A program made the position numbers and the translations under genes. A model generated the notes under the pieces. It was not told the DNA's origin. It did not search any database and saw only the letters and a list, made by a program, of their open reading frames with translations. Below are positions 45,199 to 51,001 of a stretch of DNA of 51,001 bases, one piece after another (the first letter of the stretch is position 1; each line of letters starts with the position of its first letter). Origin of the DNA: an uncultured Saprospiraceae bacterium (lineage in GTDB: Bacteria; Bacteroidota; Bacteroidia; Chitinophagales; Saprospiraceae); contig CAYOBX010000001.1 in NCBI GenBank assembly GCA_964402245.1, forward strand, positions 1-51,001, read 5' to 3'.

Positions 45199-46491
45199 AT
45201 GCAAAATTCACAAACCTTGCTAAGTGCCTATTACCAAGAATGGGCATTTGTCTATGGTCGTAAATTCTTACTCGCAATCCTTGCCTTTGGCTCGGTACTC
45301 GTTACCCACATGATAGGCGCACATATCGGCAAGCTCCTATTCCCTATCCTACCGCTTATGCTACTACTGACCAAAGTTTTCTTTGTCGCAATGGGCTGGG
45401 CTGGCATAGATTGGGTATTGGCAAACGCTTTAGCCTCTGCATCCAATGTGGACGAGGATGAAAGAACAGGAGAAACAACCACCAATAAACGCCCTGTTTG
45501 GGTGTTTGCCTTGGTCGCATTGGCTTCTACCCTTGCGCTCTCATTGGTTTCTAATTATTTCATTAGTAATCAATTGGCAGGAAAAACGCACCTTTCCGAC
45601 TTTAACCAGATGGTTGAAAAATCAATGGTGCAAGATAGCAGCTTGAAAGCAAAAGCCTTTGCACTTTTAGAAGATGCCCCAAAAACGCAAAATAAGCTCG
45701 TTACAGACGCATTAGCAGAAAAAGGTAGGTTGATAGGGGCAGCAGTCAAATTAGGCTCTCCTAGCTGGAAAAATGACTATTTAAACGGCAAAAACAACCC
45801 GACCGCATTCTTTTGGAAATGCCGCAAATGTCCACAACGCTATAAAAACTATCGAAATGGCATTCTTACCGCTATTGAGCAGGGCAACCAATTGGTGGCA
45901 TCTGCCCGAAATCATCAAAGCTCGATACAGGCTTCGCTCTCCCCCACCCTATCCTATCAGCTTGCCAATGATTCGCTATTACTGGCAGTCAAAACCAATA
46001 CCGAAAAAATGGAAGCCGAGCGCAAAGAACGAGAAAGCCAAATCAACCTCATTCTTTTGTGCATGACATTGGGCTGCGGCATCCTCTCGCTTATCCTCAC
46101 TTACGTTTTACAAGAACACCGCAAAAAATATGGACAACAGGTGATTGAAAATAACGTGCGCCTGTTCATGTTGGCATTTGATGTGGTGACACGTTTTGGT
46201 AACGGTTGCATGGATATTCTTTACACGCTTACCGTTCAGCCGTTCACGTTTATGCAACGCAAAGGCTGGCTTAAACGTTATCAGCTATCCCCTAGTCGTT
46301 ACACGGATAGCTCAACGGATAAGCTTTATAACGGTAGCGTGACGGGTAATGAGTTAACCGTTGAACGTTTATGTATCAAATGCCAAACGGATATATCACA
46401 CAAACGGAGTGATGCTAAATTTTGCGGTGATTCCTGCCGTATGGAATATCATAATTTTGTACCAAATAAACGGAAATTAGTAGAATCGTAA
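45199..46491 (+). CDS. Membrane protein (430 aa) with a C-terminal zinc-ribbon motif
   Basis: Several hydrophobic helices. C-terminal CIKC...FCGDSCRMEYH. Confidence 0.6.
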   Translation: MQNSQTLLSAYYQEWAFVYGRKFLLAILAFGSVLVTHMIGAHIGKLLFPILPLMLLLTKVFFVAMGWAGIDWVLANALASASNVDEDERTGETTTNKRPVWVFALVALASTLALSLVSNYFISNQLAGKTHLSDFNQMVEKSMVQDSSLKAKAFALLEDAPKTQNKLVTDALAEKGRLIGAAVKLGSPSWKNDYLNGKNNPTAFFWKCRKCPQRYKNYRNGILTAIEQGNQLVASARNHQSSIQASLSPTLSYQLANDSLLLAVKTNTEKMEAERKERESQINLILLCMTLGCGILSLILTYVLQEHRKKYGQQVIENNVRLFMLAFDVVTRFGNGCMDILYTLTVQPFTFMQRKGWLKRYQLSPSRYTDSSTDKLYNGSVTGNELTVERLCIKCQTDISHKRSDAKFCGDSCRMEYHNFVPNKRKLVES

Positions 46492-46525
46492 CGCATTTGC
46501 TACGGATGGAAAGTAAGTGTTTGTT

Positions 46526-46556
46526 TATCAGTATTATTACTGATATTTTTTCTTTT
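46526..46556 (+). terminator. Intrinsic terminator after the 430-aa gene
   Basis: TATCAGTA-ttat-TACTGATA followed by TTTTTTCTTTT. Confidence 0.65.
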
Positions 46557-46580
46557 AGTCATTTATAAGAATAATGTAAA

Positions 46581-46660
46581 ATACAGCAAATTGCTGTATT
46601 TTGCTGTATTGATATTGAATATTTAAAGTTTTATACAGAATTTGCTGTATTATTTCTGTA
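46581..46660. promoter_or_regulatory. Centromere/operator-like cluster of TACAG/CTGTA sites upstream of parA
   Basis: ATACAGCAAATTGCTGTAT (46581..46599), ATACAGAATTTGCTGTAT (46633..46650), and extra CTGTA at 46604 and 46656. Confidence 0.65.
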
Positions 46661-46707
46661 TAGAAGCTATATTTGTGGTTAAATAATCGAACCTCAAGGA
46701 GGTTACT

Positions 46708-47403
46708 TTGTCACAAAAAAAAGTTATGGTATTATCCGTTACAAATCTAAAGGGGGGAGTAGGAAAGACAACCCTAGCTACTAATATTGCTGTGTATCTC
46801 GTGCATCAAGGGTATGATGTTTGTATTGTTGATACAGATTTAGGACAACAATCTTCAATGGAATGGTCAGGTAATCGTGACGAATCGCTTAAACCTGTTC
46901 CTGTTTTTGGAATTGCCATTAAGCAGCTTAACAAGGAAGTTGAAGGACTAAAGAAACGTTTTGACATCGTTATAATTGACGGTACGCCCCAATTATCAGA
47001 ATTGGCAGATCGTACTATTCTTGCCAGCGATATATTGCTTATTCCGCTTACACCTAGCATTTATGATTTTAGAGGATTTGAGAACTTTCTTGAACGATTT
47101 GAACAAATTAAAGGGGTAAAAGAGGTTAGTGGCAGTCAAGTAGAAGCTTTTGTCGTCTTAAATCGGGTTGTTCCCAATAGTAATGTCAGTAAAGATATTG
47201 AAGAAGCGGTGTCTGAATATGATATTACACTTTTAGAAACTAAGCTCGTTAATCGAGTTGCTTATGTTGATACAGCAACTGACGGCAAAGGGGTAGTTGA
47301 ATATAAAGACCCTAAAGCAAAGAGGGAAATCGAAGCATTGGTGAAAGAAATAAATAATAAAACACAGAATAATGCTGTATTAATACAGAAAATTAAAGCA
47401 TAA
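46708..47403 (+). CDS. parA: ParA/Soj-family partition ATPase (231 aa; TTG start, alternative ATG at 46726)
   Basis: Deviant Walker A NLKGGVGKTTLA. GGAGG 5 nt upstream of the TTG. Confidence 0.85.
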   Translation: MSQKKVMVLSVTNLKGGVGKTTLATNIAVYLVHQGYDVCIVDTDLGQQSSMEWSGNRDESLKPVPVFGIAIKQLNKEVEGLKKRFDIVIIDGTPQLSELADRTILASDILLIPLTPSIYDFRGFENFLERFEQIKGVKEVSGSQVEAFVVLNRVVPNSNVSKDIEEAVSEYDITLLETKLVNRVAYVDTATDGKGVVEYKDPKAKREIEALVKEINNKTQNNAVLIQKIKA

Positions 47404-47437
47404 TGCTGTAATATTCATTAACTTTACAGCATTTTTA
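47403..47437 (+). terminator. Hairpin made of par-site motifs plus a T-run, between parA and the RHH gene
   Basis: ATGCTGTAA (47403..47411) / TTACAGCAT (47424..47432), then TTTTT. Confidence 0.5.
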
Positions 47438-47454
47438 CAGAAAAGTATCTAATT

Positions 47455-47685
47455 ATGGCAAAGATTAAACCTCGTATCAAAAAAGACCTAAGCGCTGTAG
47501 AGCAAGAAAAAGCCCTGCAAAAGCTTCAATCACAAGATAAGAAAAAGAAAGTCCAACGAGTTACTGTTGATTTTCCACTTTATATCTATGACCAAGTAAA
47601 GCTAGAAACAGAAGATACTGGGCAAACGATTAAAGGCTTTATTGTAGGGCTAGTCCGAGAACATTTTGCAAAGAAAGATTTATGA
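47455..47685 (+). CDS. ParG-like ribbon-helix-helix centromere-binding protein candidate (76 aa)
   Basis: Lys-rich N-terminal tail, then QRVTVDFPLYIYDQVK...QTIKGFIVGLVREHF (beta-alpha-alpha). Lies directly after parA. Confidence 0.6.
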   Translation: MAKIKPRIKKDLSAVEQEKALQKLQSQDKKKKVQRVTVDFPLYIYDQVKLETEDTGQTIKGFIVGLVREHFAKKDL

Positions 47686-48668
47686 ATTCAGCCCAAGCCA
47701 ATAATATTAACATGCCTGATTTGCTTTCTCGCCTGGGGCATGAACCAACTTCTATCACAAAAGGTGGCAGAGAGTTATGGTATCTTTCCCCTTTACCAGG
47801 CAGGGAAGGAGAGAAAGAAGCTTCTTTTCATATCTCCAGAGGGCGAAAATGGGCGTGGGTATGGAATGATTTTGGCGATATTGGCGGTACGGTGATTGAC
47901 TTTATCATGCGATATAAGGGGTATAATAGAGTTAGAGAAGCTTTAAGCTTTCTCGATAACAACTATCGAGGAAAGGCTCTAATTTCCAATCAGAATAGGG
48001 CAGGGGAGAGTAATACTTATCATCCAAACCTTTTTTCTTCTCACTCGCAAAAAACAAACACTTCTTTAAGTGAAGAGAAGGAATTAGAATTCCTATCGGC
48101 TTATGATATTCAAAATCCCTTGATTTTCTCTTATCTAAGCAAAGAACGCTGCATTCCTAAGGGTTTAGTCAAGAAATACCTTAAAGAGGTCAAATATCGC
48201 AATAAAAGGACAAATAAGGAGTATTTTGCTTTTGGAATGAAAAATGAATCAGGAGGATATGAGATTCGAGCAGCATCTGACAAGTATAAATTTAAATCTG
48301 CCCTTAAATCTCGTGATATTACCGTCATAAAGGGGAGTAAGCCCGAACGACATAGTGTCAATATTTTTGAGGGAATGACGGATTACCTTAGTTTACTCGC
48401 CATGAAGAATGATGAGCAATTTGAAGGAGATGCAATCGTCTTACATTCGCTTTCCTCTTACAAGAAGGCAGCTCAATATCTCAAAGAGCATGATTATAAG
48501 CATATTCATACTTTTCTTGATAATAACCCTTCTGGTGAGAAACACACAAAACGATTTTGTGAGGAATTTGGCGATTTGGTGACTCCTCAAAATCATCTTT
48601 TTGAACGATATGAAGATTTAAACGATGCGCTAAAAGCTAATCAACTATCCAATTACCTTTCTCGTTAA
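47682..48668 (+). CDS. Toprim-domain primase-like protein (328 aa) with a cysteine-less zinc-finger-like N-terminus
   Basis: The N-terminus LLSRLGHEP......W.LSP...EKEASFHI...W.DFG.IGGTVIDFI parallels the CHC2 primase finger but lacks the Cys/His ligands. Toprim NIFEGMTDYLS and FLDNNPSG. Confidence 0.65.
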   Translation: MNSAQANNINMPDLLSRLGHEPTSITKGGRELWYLSPLPGREGEKEASFHISRGRKWAWVWNDFGDIGGTVIDFIMRYKGYNRVREALSFLDNNYRGKALISNQNRAGESNTYHPNLFSSHSQKTNTSLSEEKELEFLSAYDIQNPLIFSYLSKERCIPKGLVKKYLKEVKYRNKRTNKEYFAFGMKNESGGYEIRAASDKYKFKSALKSRDITVIKGSKPERHSVNIFEGMTDYLSLLAMKNDEQFEGDAIVLHSLSSYKKAAQYLKEHDYKHIHTFLDNNPSGEKHTKRFCEEFGDLVTPQNHLFERYEDLNDALKANQLSNYLSR

Positions 48669-48677
48669 AAAATATAG

Positions 48678-48713
48678 TACAGAATATTTACAGCAAATTA
48701 CAGATAAATACAG
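48678..48713 (+). repeat. Four helically phased TACAG repeats
   Basis: TACAG at 48678, 48689, 48699 and 48709 (spacing 11, 10, 10 bp). Confidence 0.6.
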
Positions 48714-48730
48714 CAATATGCTTTAATTTG

Positions 48731-49009
48731 TTAGTTGAGAGGTTTTCGTGAAGTATGATAGATTCTCAAAACAAAAAGAGTGTTACCCGAAATTTTATAA
48801 ATAATTCGATAAGGTAAACTACCAATTTTTACCTCTTTTGTATCTTTTACTTTACCCATTTTTCCCATTTCGGGTAATTCAACCAAATTGATACAAGCCT
48901 GTTCAAGAGCATGATAGGTACTAGCTGATTTTTTAGGAAAATATTGAGTAAGATAAGTACTGATTTCTCTAAGGTCTTTTTCTGCTTTTGGTACTAATTT
49001 AATTTCCAA
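48731..49009 (-). CDS. RelE/ParE-family type II toxin (92 aa)
   Basis: AEKDLREI..YL......SA......L......L...P..G.........E.......PYRIIYKI.GNTLFVLRIYH pattern. 16-nt overlap with the upstream antitoxin. Confidence 0.8.
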   Translation of the reverse strand: MEIKLVPKAEKDLREISTYLTQYFPKKSASTYHALEQACINLVELPEMGKMGKVKDTKEVKIGSLPYRIIYKISGNTLFVLRIYHTSRKPLN

Positions 49010-49236
49010 AATTCGTTCCTTACCCTTTCAAACACTTCTTTGGCTGGCATTGCTAACCCTGCATCTGCTTCTTTGATAGCATCTTCAATGCCTTTGACCC
49101 ATGCGGCATTCATTTCAAGATAATTATCTATCGCTTCCTCCATGATGGCATTACGAGAATAATTTTGTTGTTCAGCAATACCATTCAAGGCTTCTACTTT
49201 ACTTCCATCTAATCGGACACTAACAGTCTGGTGCAT
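48994..49236 (-). CDS. Ribbon-helix-helix (CopG/ParD-like) antitoxin (80 aa)
   Basis: TVSVRLDGSKVEALNGIAEQQNYSRNAIMEEAI is an RHH N-terminus. Gene order is antitoxin then toxin. Confidence 0.75.
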   Translation of the reverse strand: MHQTVSVRLDGSKVEALNGIAEQQNYSRNAIMEEAIDNYLEMNAAWVKGIEDAIKEADAGLAMPAKEVFERVRNEFWKLN

Positions 49237-49251
49237 GATATTTAGCCTTTA

Positions 49252-49276
49252 TATTCATTTCTATTCATTATGAATA
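49252..49276. promoter_or_regulatory. TATTCAT repeats and palindrome upstream of the antitoxin (probable TA operator)
   Basis: TATTCAT at 49252 and 49262. Palindrome TATTCAT-t-ATGAATA at 49262..49276. Confidence 0.45.
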
Positions 49277-49600
49277 TATCATATATTTATCTAGAAAAGC
49301 AATCGAAATTCATTCTACTGTATTAGCTACTATTTTATCATTCTCCTTTATGCTCATATTTTACAAGTTACGCTGTGAGTGTATTCTTTTGCCAGTCTAT
49401 ACTTCTTGAATGGGGTAAATTTCTTCTTGTGTTCTGCCATCATTTCATCCTTTGTCAATGGCGCAGCCCGTCCGATGGACGGAGTAAACGGATTGCAATT
49501 TTTGCTTGTAAAGAAAAAATATGCTAATCCCTGCTTTTGACAAAGCCTTTCATTCTGGCTTATGAACGACAGAAATTAACCACAACAAGGAGAAGTTAAC

Positions 49601-49996
49601 ATGGCAACTAATAACAGAGTAATTATTGAAGGTAATATGGGTAGTGAAGCTCGCACTATTAAAACTGATACTACTACTTTTGCAGCCGTTTCTATCGCTA
49701 CTACCGATAGCTACAAAGATAAAGATGGTAATTGGCAACAGAATGAACCGATTTGGCATAATATAGTCGCATTCAGTCCAACCGTTATCAAATTATTGGA
49801 AAATCTGAAAGAAGGCGCACGAGTCAAAATTGAAGGTTCACTTTCTTATCGCCCCTTTGATACCAATATGATTAAGGAAGAGACAGGAGAAATCATTGTG
49901 AAAAAAGAGGCTTCAATTGTCGCAAAAACAGTAGAACAAGCCCCTTTGGTTAAGAAAACCAATAAATCAGATTCACAAGAACCAGAAATGGCATAA
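49601..49996 (+). CDS. ssb: Single-stranded DNA-binding protein (131 aa), lacking the canonical acidic DDDIPF-type tail
   Basis: NRVIIEGNMGSEA....T......F..VSIAT......K.G.W....WHNIVAF......L..LKEG..V.IEG.L is the OB-fold SSB pattern. AAGGAG upstream. The C-terminus ends SDSQEPEMA. Confidence 0.85.
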   Translation: MATNNRVIIEGNMGSEARTIKTDTTTFAAVSIATTDSYKDKDGNWQQNEPIWHNIVAFSPTVIKLLENLKEGARVKIEGSLSYRPFDTNMIKEETGEIIVKKEASIVAKTVEQAPLVKKTNKSDSQEPEMA

Positions 49997-50004
49997 GATA
50001 GAGT

Positions 50005-50040
50005 GGGGGAGGGCTTGCCCTCCTTCCTTCTTCTAATTTT
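50005..50040 (+). terminator. Intrinsic terminator after ssb
   Basis: GGGGGAGGGC-ttg-CCCTCCTTCC stem followed by a T-rich tract. Confidence 0.65.
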
Positions 50041-50126
50041 AGGAGATTACCATCGTACAAGATAGCTTCATCAAAGGCGCAGAGCGCATCTTAATTAATA
50101 TTTCTGCTAACCTCCCCCTAGATGAA

Positions 50127-50465
50127 ATGCAACCCCAGGCCTTCGATAAAGAAAAATTTCCGCTGCATCTGCATTTGATATTTGCCAAAAAATATCATTA
50201 TCTGGCAGATGAAATGAAAAGCCAATTGAAGCAACAGCCAAAAGACTCTTACCGTTTCCGTAAGAAAACGAATCCCTATGCAGGGGTAGGAGTACATCTT
50301 TATTTCAAAGATGCCGATGCTTTACGTCCGCTTATTCCTTGGCTAAAAAGCAAAGCACTCTATCAAGACAAGGGCTTGGAAGGGGATAAACTTCTTTTAC
50401 CTTTTCAAGTGATGGATGAAGCGAAAGCTGCGATTGAAGAAGTTAAAGGTAGAGCATTAGCTTAA
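50127..50465 (+). CDS. Hypothetical protein (112 aa); start uncertain
   Basis: No SD at the ATG. The frame is open back to 50043, and a TAGGAGA sits at 50040..50046. Confidence 0.5.
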   Translation: MQPQAFDKEKFPLHLHLIFAKKYHYLADEMKSQLKQQPKDSYRFRKKTNPYAGVGVHLYFKDADALRPLIPWLKSKALYQDKGLEGDKLLLPFQVMDEAKAAIEEVKGRALA

Positions 50466-50857
50466 CAAGCAATCGCAGCGTAGCGTTGCATCAATTGAGA
50501 CGCATCATCCAGAAGCTTTATCTTAGGCACAATCTGTTCTTTAGGTTCATCCATAAAGCTACGCTCTTTAAAGACTTGGTTTAACACTTTCCTAAAGCTA
50601 TCCTTATCTTTAAACACACATTCAATGCAACGTACAGGTTCATCGATTGGTATTTCCGTATCGAGGACAAAGCCTTGCTCCTTTGGCAATTCACGAAAGA
50701 TTTTTGCCAAATCCGCAGCAAATGCTTTGCCCTCCGTATCATTGCGAAAAATAACTTCCCAGACAATCGGATAATCATTTGCCTGTTTAAAAGGTTCTTT
50801 CATTTTGTGACTGTCATAGACAGATGTTGTTCCGGTGGTGACTTTAATTTTATCCAT
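50462..50857 (-). CDS. Hypothetical protein (131 aa)
   Basis: ORF convergent with the previous gene and overlapping it by 4 nt. Confidence 0.5.
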   Translation of the reverse strand: MDKIKVTTGTTSVYDSHKMKEPFKQANDYPIVWEVIFRNDTEGKAFAADLAKIFRELPKEQGFVLDTEIPIDEPVRCIECVFKDKDSFRKVLNQVFKERSFMDEPKEQIVPKIKLLDDASQLMQRYAAIAC

Positions 50858-50946
50858 TGCTTAACCTCGTTATCATTTACTTTAGCAGCCCCTAGGAGAA
50901 AGTAAAACATTTGGTGAAAAAGGGGCTTTGCCCCCGTTCATTTCGC

Positions 50947-51001
50947 AAAAAATAGTCCTTACCGTGTTGTCGCTTGCGCTCCTGCCCGAACCATAAGCAC
51001 G
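50947..51001. repeat. Wrap-around duplicate of 1..55
   Basis: 55/55 identical to the window start. Confidence 0.95.

Noticed and set aside
49354-49443. 29-codon basic ORF (MMAEHKKKFTPFKKYRLAKEYTHSVTCKI) with an AAGGA site, on the minus strand upstream of the TA operon
   Set aside because: It is too short to evaluate without conservation or ribosome-profiling data, so it is not reported as a feature.
1-51001. Search for CRISPR arrays, tRNA/rRNA genes and transposase genes
   Set aside because: No regularly spaced 25-40-bp repeats, no tRNA-like T-loop or acceptor patterns in the GC-richer intergenic patches, and no DDE or IS200-type transposase ORF were seen. A tRNAscan / Infernal / ISfinder run would be needed to be certain.

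Overview
Bases 1..55 and 50947..51001 are identical, so the window is most simply one complete circular replicon of about 50,946 bp read with a 55-bp wrap-around. It is an AT-rich plasmid with Bacteroidota hallmarks: a T9SS C-terminal sorting domain and KilA-N, DUF932 and Toprim backbone genes.

Backbone:
- Rep_3-type initiator with at least 8 copies of a 20-bp iteron; the oriV core lies at about 44.25-44.61 kb.
- ParA plus a small RHH ParG-like protein, with TACAG/CTGTA centromere-like repeats.
- MOBF-type relaxase-helicase and a VirD4/TraD-like coupling ATPase. No mating-channel genes were recognised, so the plasmid looks mobilizable rather than self-transmissible.
- An ssb-led, leading-region-like gene string that crosses the circular junction.
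- Two addiction-type modules: ParE/RelE with an RHH antitoxin, and a HigB-like toxin with an HTH-M78 peptidase fusion.
- A truncated tyrosine recombinase next to a perfect 20-bp inverted repeat.

Cargo:
- A 2172-aa RHS polymorphic toxin with an HNH C-terminus and a DUF4265-type immunity gene.
- An M43-like T9SS-sorted protein whose HExxH zinc site is destroyed.
- A 731-aa orphan protein with a three-fold internal repeat.
- A patatin phospholipase fused to a receiver-like domain.
- A minus-strand operon (35757..38377) of three membrane-anchored proteins: LysM-like, a 4-TM small GTPase, and a tail-anchored possible Roadblock/MglB-like protein. This is my best candidate for an undescribed system. 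It is flanked by unexplained structured non-coding DNA.

I saw no rRNA, tRNA or CRISPR array. All domain calls come from by-eye motif recognition and need profile or structure searches.
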